From NCBI GenBank assembly GCA_051362555.1, contig CM120649.1, forward strand, positions 1,240,001 to 1,304,000: a stretch of 64,000 bases of DNA, read 5' to 3'. The translations under genes were made by a program, and so were the position numbers. Source of the stretch: Lingula anatina. Taxonomy: Eukaryota > Animalia > Brachiopoda. Positions 50,601 through 63,189 of the stretch are shown here, piece by piece. The first letter of the stretch is position 1, and each line of letters begins with the position of its first letter. Under the pieces are notes generated by a model. That model was not told the origin of the DNA. It saw only the letters and a program-made list of their open reading frames with translations, and did no database searches.

Positions 50601-53600
50601 ATATACATGCACAGTATTTTAATTTGAAGCTTCAGCATAGTCAAATTAGAAACACGATCTTGTGTCTGTAGGTAAATTGGATTCTAGTAATTCTGTCTTC
50701 TTCCTCTTCTTTTTATAATTATCGAAATATATATGTTGATTTGGTAGTTTTTACTTAAAATCCCCCTTATTATACCTAGGTGATTGCCGTAGCTGTGGTG
50801 ATGTCGATGATACTGCGCATGTCAGGAGACGGAGAAACGGAAGATGACGTCGTGATTGCTGATCACGAGCTTCCGCCTAGAGGATGTAAGCTTTTAGAAA
50901 TATCCGTGATATTTGTTAATGGAATATATAAATACAATGAGATGTTTGATTTAACACGCGCTAGAAAGTTTATTAACTGGAGAAAACCCGTCGGTATTTT
51001 TATGTACGCATTACGCTGTACAGATTTAAATACTTACAAAAGGAAATTTTTTGTGCATGTCTTAATCTTTAAAAAATACGCACCAAAAACGTGTACCCAC
51101 ACCATTTAATCATTGCTATGATACAACGTTCTCTATGGTGATTTTTATTTCATCAAGTAAAACATTACATATATATTTCATTCTCTACTTTCAGATCCCA
51201 TACCGAAGCCGCCTTTCATTCCCGTTGGCGACACCACAATAGATTATGCCTCGGAGGAGCGTAAACGACTACGACGAAAACACGACGCTCAGCTGTCCGG
51301 ATCCCTGAGAGAAATTTTCATACATATCATCTATCTGATTCTGCTCATCTTCATCTGTTTTGCCAACAGAGATAATAACTTCTTCCTTCAAAACGAGGCG
51401 TTGCGGAACAGCTTGGATCAGTACGAGACCTCTTCGAATTCGGTATGTGCATGTTGTGTATGGCGTTAGCTGATTCCCGGGGGTGGGTATGGGGGGTACG
51501 GGGCAGGGGGCAGAGGGCACGTGCTCGACTCTCGGAGTGGGATGTACCCATACTTTTCTCCCTATCCACCCGCCTTCTTGAAGGGAGAAATATGAGCGAT
51601 ACAACACTAAGACATTTTTCCAAATCTGCCCAACGTGTATAACAGAAAAAAGGTTGTCCATTGTTTTATATTTGTCTCACTTCGTTGTTGAAATATCTTT
51701 TCCTTTGTTCCCCCCTCCCCTAAACAAAACCATGGATCCGCCAGTGTGTGTAGCGTATGGATTATTTTGAAACTTCTTGATTCCTGTGATACTTTTGATT
51801 TATATAGAGGTACAGGTACATTGAAATGTTTTAAACAGGCGTTATTGAATTTGCATTTAATAAGAGGTTCCAACTAGAGAAAAATACTATATTGTTTAAA
51901 CTTTAAAGGGTGAGTTAGCTGAACATACATTTGCTACCTTTGAATGGGGAACTTTTAACAGAATACACGTTGTCAATATATATAATATATACGTACCCAT
52001 AATCTCTTGTAGGTTTCACGGTTCGAAGCAATCTTTGCCTGGCTGAGCGACCGTATCTTGCCGATCGTGTTTCCTACTGTAAATTACAATAACGATGCCC
52101 TGGACACGTATGACCAGCAGTTCATGAAGGACATCTATGGCCTGAGACTTGGACCACTGCGTATACGACAACAGAGAGTGGTGGAAGGTAGGATTATATG
52201 TGTATAAAGTGCTGTTTGAAGGAGTTATAGTTTTGACCATGGGATGGGAGTAATGCTTTAGACTCTTACGTATCTCCCCGTGGTAAAATTAATAACACCA
52301 CACATATTTATTGTTATATATTGCCTGGGTTTTCTCTATATGATATTGCCGACCATGCCATCATGATTGATTTGATAGTATCATTTTTAAATAAAAATAC
52401 ATTTCATAGTATATATTCATATATAAAGAAATATCTGGTGCCATGCATACAACCCCGATCTCAGTGATTCGGGGTCTAAGTCCCGTTGATATGCACTGAT
52501 GAATCCTGCCCTAGATTTTAACCCAGTGACATCAAGTTTATCATAACGCTGTTTGAATCTGACGGAGAGCGGCCGGAGTAACAGGAATGGAAGTCCGCTA
52601 GGAACCGTAGTCCGCTTCCCATTACTTTGTACATTCGTCCCATATACTAACCCCAATACTCCAACTAACCCTCAGCTTTACTAATCATATGGGAGAACGG
52701 ACTTCCATTCCTAGGACATCCATTCCTGCTACACCGGACCCCAAGTTTCTCAACACCAGAATAGGGTACCATTGGAGTAAAGAGAAGACAACGATTACGC
52801 TGTATATTATCCCCTATAGACTCACCATTGTCTGTGTTGCTAGGTTTTTTTCACACGTCTTATCATCTGTTTCAGAGTTGTGCACGGCCGATTTTCCCCT
52901 TAAGATGTCATTCAATTCTTGCAACTCAGATTACCGCGTGTTGAAACAAGACAAGAATAGTTATGAACCTGGTGAGTTAACACGCGTGCTTCTTCTCTGA
53001 GTATACCTTTGAAGGTGGAATTTATCTCTAAGGAACTGCGTTCTGTTTTTCTGTAATACACGCGTTCAAAGCCTTCTTAACATTGTAACACAAGAAAACG
53101 GACAATCTCAATTTTGATGATTGCAGTTGCTTTTATTTTTAATAGCTACTCTTGCTTTTAATCATCATATCAAATGTTTTGAAAACCCGTTATAATTAAT
53201 GTTTGAATACTAACCTTTAATGTTTAGCTTGGGAGGTTCCAACAGCAAACGTCACAGGAGCACCCTCTCTTGGCTTTAATTACACCACACCGGACGGAGA
53301 CAAAGACATGGCGGCTACGGGAATGTTTGCCACTTATGAAGGTGACTGATTTATTTTTGTCTTTCGTCAACTAATCATTAACACGAAATAGTACCAAAAT
53401 TAATGCAACAATTCCAATACGATGACATTACCTCACTGGTCATGCGTATGCGTGGTAAGGAGATGATTTGAATTTACAATGCTGGGTATTATGCTGATTT
53501 TTTGCAGGGGGCGGTTACTTTGTGGAAATTAACTCCTTATCACAGGGGACAAGTGTTCTGGCCACGTTAAAGGCGGACAGCTGGATCGATCGCCTGACCA

Positions 53601-56239
53601 GAGCCATCTTCGTCGAATTCACCATTAATAACATGAACGTCAACGTTTTCTCCATGGTGAGAATTAAGGTGGAACTTCCGGTTGTGGGCGGTATTTTCAC
53701 CACCAGGGAACTGGTCAGTTTTCGGCCCTACCCCTACGTGAATCCATTCGACTTCGTCCTGCTGGTCATCCAGGTGATTTGGGCGTTGGTGGTGTTTTAT
53801 CTGCTGGTCAAGGAGGTCATTAAGATGGTCAAGACGGGGGTCCAGTACTTTAGGGAGTTGTGGCACTACGTGGAGTTGTTGGACCTAGTCTTTGCTGTGA
53901 CCAGTATGGTCTGTTTTGTCCTCAGGACCGTGTACATTATTCGCTCAGTTGAAGATGTAAAAAATAACCAAGGTAATTATTCACCGCTAAAAGACAATTA
54001 AAGTGTATGCTTGCCATTTTAACCGTTTTTTAGTATTTAGAAAGTTGTGTTCAAACTTGTGTTAGAACAGTACTGGTAAGATGTCAGAACAGATATTTGC
54101 CTCTGGCCCTTTACATGGTGCTCTCAGTACTTTTATACACACATTATTTACCATGGCACCATCTATTTTAGGTCGCTTCGTCGGCTTCGATATTGTAGCC
54201 AACTGGGACTATGGCTACTCAATAACCATCGCATTTAGCCTTTTTCTTGCCACTCTGCAGCTTTTCCGACCGCTTTCCTTCAATAAGCAACTAGCCATTC
54301 TTCGGGCGTCTCTCTCACGGTCGTCAATATACCTCTTTACCTACGGCCTTATCATCGTCATAATTTTAACCTCGTTCGGAATCGGGACTCACTTACTCAG
54401 TGGCGCCACCTTGGAATCGTTCCGGACGTTCGGGGCGGCCCTCTTTAATCTTTGCGGGGTCATGCTGGCCGTTTTGGACTACGAGGACGTCGTGCCGGAA
54501 GACACATTGTTGCTAAAAGTGTTCTTTATGATGTTCGCTATGGTGATGAACTTTCTCATAATAAACATGTTTATATCTGTGATAAATGATACCTTGTACG
54601 AGATCAAGTTGGACGACTCAAAACAGGATTATGACAAAGAACTGGCGGATCATTTGACCATGAAGATTGATACCTGGTTCCGGTCGCTCTTCAAAAAGAA
54701 ACCAAAACATCAACAAGTGCGTCCCGAACGGAAATATTCAAGTAAGTAAAATAAACGTGCGTTTACATAAAATATTAAAGCACAAATCAACTTAAGAATA
54801 AATGAAAAAGATTGACTTAAAGAAGGCTTTTTAAAAAGTGTCCCTTCACGAAGCATTTGAGATGTTTTTGCATAGGTTTTGGCTCTTATATAAACATTTT
54901 CTTGTTATCCAAAGATATAACTTATTAAAATATTTTAAAAGTCGCCAGTCAACATTAAAAAACACAAAATACCGTTCGTAGATTTAACGGATAGTTAAAT
55001 TTATTAGCAAGTATGTATGTAAATATCTAATGTACTGTATGGCATGAATGCTTTCGTGGGTTATAGTCTTCAATTGTTAGTGTAAGTTACACCCTAATGT
55101 TGGTTTATTTCTTCAGTTTTATTCACGCTTTTTTCTATGTGCTGTAGTGAAAATGAGTGCCGAAGAAACTCCCGCCATAACAGTAACCTCGCCCAATGAA
55201 CAGACGAGAGATATTTCACCGGGTCACGTGCTGCCAAAAGAGTCTAAACTCTACTTGGAAATGTCCTCGGAAACTCCAAGAAAAAAGAAGAAAAATAACA
55301 CGAAGAACGTAATTGCCAGCAGGCGCCATGTTGTTATCCACAGCCAGACTGCCCAGGAGTACATATTGGACAGCGGGACGAGGGAAAGTGGGGAAGTCTG
55401 GCAGAACTTGGTCGATCGTGACGTAGATACCACACTGGGGCTCTTGGACAAGGTGTGATTTGTTTTAGTTTTAAGCGAGATATTTTGAGTTTTTTTTTTC
55501 GGAAATTACTGGGGCATTCTCTATCTCTAACTCTCTCTCTCACAATATTAGAAGGTCTCTACATATTTTTGGCTGAACTTATGCTAGTATGCAGACGTAT
55601 GGTAGCCTGAAAGATCCACCTGGTCGTTAAGCTTATTATTACTACTTCAGATCTATATTTAGATTTACATTTGTCTCTACATTCTTGTAATGGTATTATA
55701 AAATATAAACAAACGTAAATCCTACTGGTATGTGTATCAGTATAATATTAAGGGGCTTTTTCATCATCACATTTGTAATTTTTGTGTACTAATAAATGCG
55801 TTCCCCTTTTCAGATGAGGAGCAAATTTTCCAAACTGTTTGACCAGTTTGTTGTCGCAGAGGAAACTTCGCCAGAGCGAATGTTCCGCGAAATTATGGAA
55901 GAACATTTATTAGAAAAACGTCAAGCGGCAAACAAGGCAGAAGAAAGCGCATACATGGAGCGTAAAACAAAAAGGTGCGCGCGCAATTTACCAATATCAT
56001 TTGTCGACGAGAACTCTCGAGAACATAAGAGAACTGGGAAACGTGGACACTCTGTGGCCTGGGCAATGGATATTGAACAGAGTGATAAAACACCACTGAA
56101 ACAGAACGGTCACTTGGTGGATGTTGAAAAATCTGGTCATGACAAGCTGATATCTTCAAAGACAGAACAATCAAATCACGGGCATACTCCGGGGCATTCA
56201 GATGCATGGATTGTGAACGAATCTCCTTCAAATCACTAA
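35635..56239 (+). CDS. Polycystin-1-like (PKD1L2/PKD1L3/REJ-family) protein, about 2072 aa: SP, C-type lectin, Sushi, Thr-rich stalk, GAIN-like, degenerate GPS, TM1, PLAT, TMs, polycystin channel domain, tail
   Basis: 27 phase-consistent exons: 35635-35646, 40634-40691, 41326-41506, 42128-42348, 42588-42803, 43108-43443, 43733-43818, 44033-44062, 44334-44468, 44722-44809, 45062-45147, 45494-45715, 46185-46656, 47004-47149, 47639-47872, 48453-48623, 49052-49206, 49611-50475, 50780-50885, 51195-51442, 52013-52187, 52876-52971, 53228-53341, 53508-53972, 54172-54741, 55148-55452, 55814-56239 (6219 nt). Family motifs: PPNTIDF, WARRKDKQD, PLAT (ISVFTG...LGKLTHLHVWH...WFLDRV...FLCNQWLS), HLWFSV...SRVQRLT, QPLKV, LGPLRIRQQRV, YEGGGY, WIDRLTRAIFVEF, NMFISVI. 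The first coding exon is uncertain. Confidence 0.92.
37325..37363. repeat. (TAA)n microsatellite
   Basis: About 13 tandem ATA units. Confidence 0.95.
47943..48068. mobile_element. MITE family A copy, intronic
   Basis: TGGTGTGCCAGGAAT ... ATTCCTGTCACACCA; same termini as 22880-23043. Confidence 0.7.
52573..52737. mobile_element. MITE family A copy, intronic, opposite orientation
   Basis: CCGGAGTAACAGGAATGGAAGTCC ... GGACATCCATTCCTGCTACACCGG. The internal CTAACCC tract mirrors GGTTAGGGTTAG of the 22880 copy. Confidence 0.7.
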
Positions 56240-57890
56240 ATTTTCAAAACTTCATACAGCCCCATAAAGGATATATCAGAGCATATAATTATTTGAAATT
56301 CTGCCGCGTTACTTAGCACTTCACAGAAGTCTGTATAGATAAAAACAACCGTATATAAACCGTTATAATTGAAGCGGTTATACCTAACTGAATGTATTGT
56401 TTAAAAGTAACATGAATGTTAACCGTTGGATTGGTTAAATGGTCAACTGAATATTTGGTGGGGTGTATACTGACCGAGTGAATTTTTAAATATTGAACGT
56501 ACTTTCGGATATATCGGTGCTTATTTCTGGTGCCTTCGTCCCTGGAATAAACTTGGAATGTGATCTTAAGGTACATAAGTGTACATTCGAATATGCAATA
56601 CAGTATATTGTAACGGAATTCATCAAATTTTGCAAATAAATATTTTCAGGTAATTTACTAATTTTACAGCGCATTTAACCAGTGGATTGGTTTCTCTTCA
56701 CGTTTAATACTCTGATTAAATCGCTTGTGAGGTCAGTGCTCTTCTGCTTATTCGAGCTACAAAACTTGTGTGACTTCCATGTAAGCTACCGGTAATAGAT
56801 GAGATCTTTGAAGATTGTATATTGGATAAGTGATCAAGATTTTACATACATGCATGCATGGTGATTTTTGAGAGGTTACTCTGCAATGCTTCTCCATCCT
56901 TTTCCCGTCCCCGATTTTGAGTAGTCTTCGAACTGAGGGAGCATTACAATATTAACTTCACGACTGATGGCCGATTGCCCTTGATCCGCGCCTGTGTATA
57001 CTATCAACTTGCTAACCCCGTTTATTTAAAGAATAATATGCGTTTCTCAGTTCCTTTATAAAGAAGTCAACAAACAATCAAACCAGGGAGTAAAATGTCA
57101 TTTTATTCTAGTGCAGGAAATAAGAATTGCGCAAAAGCAAAAATATTACAATGTTAATATGACATGGAACATTTCCTCTGTATGGAAAGTATACTTGTGA
57201 CATGCACATAGCATTAGCTGGTGAAAAAAAAAACAAAAAAAACAAACTAAAATTGTTTTCGTATACATAGGGGTTTATACATCAACAACATATTATCTGT
57301 GAGAAGGAAATTTATTCTACGTCACAAATATTAATCAAATAATCAATGCATTTAAAACGTGTAAAACCGACCTAGAGTGTGTTTCAACGGCCAGTCACTA
57401 TATAATGCCTCAATTCATATCAACATAGAAAATCGTACGTTTGATGAAAGGCAGTAATACGCATGTTGTAAATGGAATGCATTTTTATGTTTACTTCTAT
57501 AACCACATGTACAAAGACACACATTTTAATTAAACCAAACCAAAAAGCTTATATTGTACATAATTATATAAAAAACCAACAGGGCCTCAACAAACTATTG
57601 CTTTTTGTTTATAATGATAAAAAATAATAATCATAATCATCATTATTTATCTCTGTAACTAATAGGATTGTATATGATAAAAATAGCTAAAATACATGAC
57701 AATGTCAACCTATAAACATTGAAATATCAAATCAAACATCAAATGGTTAAAATATCAAATTAATCCTTGAAATGCTTCAATAACATCATTGCATCTTCAT
57801 AACCTCAAATGTCATTTTGAGTCAGAAAATATATGTCCTCCAATTGGAAGTTCAGTTGAGGAACCTTTGTTAACATATTTCCAACCGAAG

Positions 57891-60370
57891 CTAACCGTCT
57901 ATACACTTTACTACAGTTTCTTCATGATTATCTACACTTACACAAGACCCATAATAACTCTTTAAAGGTCCATCGCTTGTATATTGTGAGCTTGATTCAT
58001 CCATTGGTGAAAGGGGTACCATTTCACAATCTTTCTCCATCATGTTATATGTATCTCCAGCATAGATTTTAGGTTGCATAGATTTTAGGTTGCATAGATT
58101 TTTTTTGCAACACTTGAAAATGCATAAAATTAGATCTGTAAATAGAATAACAAAACAATAAAAAATTAAAATCGATAAACATAAAACTGGAAAAAGAAAC
58201 AATCCAAACTGCACTACATCAACACAATATAATACCTCCTTACTTATACCTAGTGGGTGCCCAGAAGCAATACGTTCCATGGGTTGCACATATAAAGTCT
58301 TTAGAGCAGACCCCAGCGTTTTTTTTATTTTCTGTGAAGTCTCCACCATTTTCCTCCTCTTCTGTGCTCTTCGTGCAGGAACAGCAATATTGCCAGACAA
58401 AATAAATACATGTTATAAATAAAATGGAAATTAGCAGAACTATAAGTTTCTAAATACGCAATAAATCATTCGAATAACACTTGTCTGTCACGGTGATGGC
58501 GTCAAAGAGTCTGAAAGCAAACGAATGCCCTTCTTTACATTGGCTACATGCCGTACCCTCACGGTTCCCGCTACACCACTGTGGATTGTTACAAGTGAGC
58601 TCGTCGCAGCAGGTATAAGGCGCACATGCTATGCATACATAACGTTTCTCATTGCCTGAAACTACCTGTTGGCACCAATTATTGTACCGTGCGTGTAGAT
58701 CTCCATCATAACAATAACCACCACCAGGGCAATCCAGACATTGAAAATCAGTCTCGTTAGCAGAAGCATGATCAGATATTTGTGCAGCGTCTAGCGTGTA
58801 AGTAGTTTTGGGGCATTTATAACACTGGAACATGTTCACATGAGCAAATGACATAGTCATATTTTTAACAGAGTTGTATTTCACAGGACACACAATCGTC
58901 GAGCCAAGGACAAGTTCAATGTAAAGTTTGGGTTTGTATTCCGGTACAAGTGGTTCCCGAGTCATAATGGTTATTGGCGACGAAGAGCCACTGGTGGCAT
59001 GCACAGTGGAATTAGACAGGCGCAGTGAATCTCCTGATAATGAGTGAACAATACTTGTCGCGTTTCGAGCCAGGTCAGATAGCAAGATAGAATCTTTTAT
59101 GTCGCATGTGTTGTGATACTCGTCTAGAAACAGAGTGGTTCCCATTAATGCAGAATTATTGACAAATGTACACGATTCTATGACGCTCCTGCTACCGCTA
59201 AGATACAATGCACCACCATAACTTACCTCTCCTAATGCCTTATTACCTATAAAAGTCGAGTTCCAAATTACAACAAGGGTATTCGATGTGGTCATGATGG
59301 TGACCCCACCCCCATGCCAATACCCAGTATTGTTCTTCAAGTACACATTATCCATGACAATATCCATTGAGCTCGTAGAACGACCATAGTAACATCGTAT
59401 GTCTAAACCTCTTCCTTGATGGGGAAAGTAATTATTAGACAGGTTTACCCTTTTAAAATTGATTGAGGAATGAGAGTGTTCTGCAGAAACATGGGAGTGA
59501 TTTATATTGATCAACACAACACCCATAAGAATGTCAAATGTTGTGTTTAAGGCAGTAGACAGGACTCCTCTATTATTGACAAAGCTTACATCAACTACAG
59601 ATATAAAGCTCCAACGGCCTGATTGGATGTTTACGACACTGCCGTTTTGTAACTGCAAGTTGGATTCAAAATGGCACTCAGTCATGCATAGAATGAGACG
59701 AGTTTTAGTTACAAAATACAGACTGCTTGATGAGTAATGGCCAACGTTGTCAAGGAATGTACAACCTTCAACCTCAGCTGTCACGTCTTGGTTTGAAATG
59801 ACATGAACCCCGTTAGAATTATTTTGAAACACACAACCAATTAGGGTTAGGAAAAGAAAACGACTGGAACTATGAGCTACGTGTTCGACAAAGATGACAG
59901 GCGAAGGTTTGGAATTCGGTGTAGAAACATGGGAGTCGTTGTAGTTCCCGTAAAATGCTATGTTTTCTAGTGTAAGTTTAACAGGACCACTGACAGTTAT
60001 GGCAGATCCACGGCATGGTATTTCGACTTGATGTGCTGTGCTGCCATTGACAAATACTATGTTCTTCAACGTCACTGATAAAGTATACATAGACGGTGAT
60101 TGAATCCAAAATGCAGAGCCCCTTTTTTGACAGTCAATATAGGCGTGGTCTTCAGAGCAATTATCCCAGGTAGACAAATGTAGTGATGGGTGTTCTGGGT
60201 ATCCTGGAAACATGGATGCTACTATTATTCCACCTGGTTGGCCATTCGGTCTGTCAGGAACACATTCATAAAACGTATTGTTCCGTCCACATTCCAACAA
60301 AACAGAGATACTGCCGACACCCCACTTGGTTTGAATCACATGTGTATATGTTCGACATGGATGACTTCAT
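57891..60370 (-). pseudogene. Single-exon parallel beta-helix (Pmp-repeat-like) + Cys-rich + TM membrane-protein gene, disrupted
   Basis: 629-codon ORF 58450-60339 has repeated CxFxxN motifs (CVFQNN, CTFLDN, CHFESN, STFIGN, CTFVNN), YGGALYL and HGGGVTI, then CYKCPKTTY, CLDCPGGGYC, CSGNREGTACSQCKEGHS. An in-frame TAG (58450-58452) immediately precedes a TM helix (KLIVLLISILFITCIYFVW). Further TM and tail sequence is in another frame (57891-58400). No ATG or signal peptide; in-frame TGA just upstream of SHPCRT at about 60370. Confidence 0.7.
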
Positions 60371-60432
60371 AGCCGGGCGGGTCACTTTAATACGTACGAT
60401 ACAAAAGCGTAGATACTTTATAGTCCCCCCCC

Positions 60433-60467
<35 letters not shown>

Positions 60468-61765
60468 TAACCATTAAACCATGTGAGTCATATGTCAAGG
60501 CTTAGGGCTATTTCCACATACATTTGAGGTGAATGTACCTTTACGAATTATATGGCCTCTTTATTGTTCCTATAACCGAAATGGCTTCATATCTTGACCT
60601 GCAAACTAATAACAGTATACATCCCCTCTGATTTCCTCAGTTATAACAAAAACAAAATGCATTCATGGCACCTAATATTGCACAACATCGTAATTACAAA
60701 CTTAAAGTGAATAAAATAGGAAAGGTAAAAATCCATTCACGGGATTTGGGTAAACAGTGTGTCAGCTGAAACAACAGACACAGCTGGCCTGTCTATTCTA
60801 TAGGAATAACCTTGAATTGATTAAATATGCAGTGAGAAACGCAGGTACTACTTACTATAGCTCGCTATCTATTGTTAAACCCGACTGTTATTATCTTTCG
60901 AACAAGCTTAAAGCGTGCCTATACAATTACTGTGTCTCCGGCTGCCGTTCAGAAACACTATGTCGAACATATTTTGCTACAGTGAGAAGCATGGTACACT
61001 AGCGACTTGTTTTAGATCACTCAAGAAAGGATGCATACGTGCGACACCAGAGGAAAAACAACCAAGTATGCATCTGATCCTTTAATAGTAATTGCACAGT
61101 GCATGTTACTAGACCTTTGTCCTAACTCAGTAGTTAGGAATAGGATGTTTGGATAAAAAACTTCTATTCAACTCGCTTAGACCTAGGGCATGATGCTATC
61201 ATCCGATGAAACACGTAACTGAACCCTCTACCTGTACCTGAAGTCCCTTTAGCTGAAACAAAAACTGCCCCTTGAACATGTCCATTTTTTAATCGTCAAA
61301 TGATTTGTGATTTCATTGAACGTCTTTGATCGAAAGCTTTCAAGTGACAATAACCGAACCGTGTGTTGATTATTTATTAAAGCGTAATTAAGTTTATTCA
61401 ACATGAACTATTTTGTAAACGATACTTGCCAAGATTGAGCTTGGATTGATCACCGTCACTATTTAGCTACTCGCCTATAATGCGTGCTGAACGACAGACA
61501 ACTTAAAAATATTATCTGTGTAACTGTGCAAATGAACGCATTTAGTTAAAATATAACGAAGCCGGCATTTAATCCATCGAACATATTTATTAACCCATTA
61601 CAGTGACGTCATATTTGCTCCGTAACACTAGTCCAGCAGCCATACTGGAGGGAAAGAACTACGGGGATTAGTAGCGTAAATATAGGTAAACCAAATAAAA
61701 TAAACTAAAATGCATATCGCGATCAAGTACACCAAAAGGAAGAGTGTATATACATGTGAAAACTA

Positions 61766-62240
61766 CAGCTGATCAGTGGGATCGACCCATATAAACTCAG
61801 GACAGTCCAAAGACAAGAAATCCTGATTTATCCCAACATCGTGGAATTGTCAGAAGCTAGTTCAGTTATCTTGTACTTCATTTTTCTTGTTCACTGGATA
61901 ATAACAGTTATTGTTTTAGAGAGTTTAATGTGTAATCATAAGTTCAACCTTTCATAGAAGCAACTTTTTACATAAAGGATAGATGTAAGGAGAAATTTGA
62001 GCTGACCATTGGGATCGACCCTTCAGGACTGAAAGAAGACAGTATGCAGGGTTGTCTTATAACAAGAAATATTGCTGTCAGATATGATTTAACTGAACAG
62101 CGTGAAGCTGTCAGAAATTATTTCAGTATTCTTGTACTTCATTTTGGTTCATTAGGAAGTACATGTAACATGGCTGTTGTTTGAGAGTTCAAAGTTTTAT
62201 TATGAATTCAACCATTCACATTAGCAACATTTTATTATAA
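61766..62240. repeat. Diverged tandem duplication, two ~230-bp units
   Basis: Shared blocks in the same order: GCTGA.CA.TGGGATCGACCC, TGTCAGAA...TTCAGT..TCTTGTACTTCATTTT, GAGAGTT, TTCAACC, AGCAAC, starting at about 61766 and about 62000. Confidence 0.7.
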
Positions 62241-62737
62241 GTCCAGACATTCACAGAAGCAAGGCATTTTTCAAACTTATGATATCCAATGTAGCATAAC
62301 AACAAGTCAGTTCATGAATTGATCTTCATTTAATTAAAAATATAGGAAAATGCACTTTTTGTATAAATAAAAGTTAACATAAAATGCAAAACATTGTTGA
62401 CATTGTTGCACAATTCAATGACAGATTATCAGGGTCCCTTTCCTTTTGGTTGATAACACTGACATGAAAAATATTTCCATACTTTTAATGATGCAATGCA
62501 ACATGTACATGAGCATATCAAGTCAAATCAAGTCACCATAATCTGTGAAACCTGTTTGGTATATTTTTATCTATGTCTACAGAAATGCTTGATTGAAGAC
62601 TCAAATTGATATGTGCTGTGTGCAATAATTGTGTGTAGGTATGTACATATAAGTCCTTAGATGGTGTTACTAAGCAGTTTGTAATTTCATTTAGGAGAAT
62701 TCCACAACTGGTGGTCAAAATTTAAAAAATGCGCAAC

Positions 62738-62798
62738 CTAGAAGAGCTTAATCCTTTCTTGATACAGGACAGCCATCTGTTTCTTCATATCAGACCAT
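62738..62798 (-). other. Possible terminal exon of a gene (probably decayed) entering from the right edge
   Basis: Acceptor CTGCACTTCTCACAG followed by WSDMKKQMAVLYQERIKLF-stop; no family recognised. Confidence 0.25.
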
Positions 62799-63145
62799 CT
62801 GTGAGAAGTGCAGCATACAAAGTATTATATTTCTTGCAAACTTTTCCATATAGCCTTTAAAAATATGAGGAAGAAAAAGTGTTTTCATTTCTTCTTGTGC
62901 TTCTGCTCACAATTTTAAATAAATAGAATACCTATCCTTGTTGTTTGCAAGCTATCAGGATAACTTTAAAACGACAAATGAACAATTAAATAAACAAACA
63001 AATCCAATTAAATAACTCGTCATGCACTGAATTTCACTCTCCTGATGTTCAGATCCTGTCTCCTCAGCTGGTCACAAAGATATAGTATATTCTTTTGCTG
63101 CTTCTACCTTGTGTGCCATCTAGCTGCCTTTTGTACCTGCCACCT

Positions 63146-63189
<44 letters not shown>

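Noticed and set aside
58450-60339. Bacterial contamination or recent HGT of an autotransporter/Pmp gene
   Set aside because: No beta-barrel C-terminus. It has eukaryote-type Cys-rich modules, many N-glycosylation sequons, a TM helix and host-like base composition.
61790-62160. C/D-box snoRNA pair in the tandem duplication
   Set aside because: CTGA motifs are present, but I could not identify a convincing RTGATGA C box with a terminal stem or an rRNA guide by eye.
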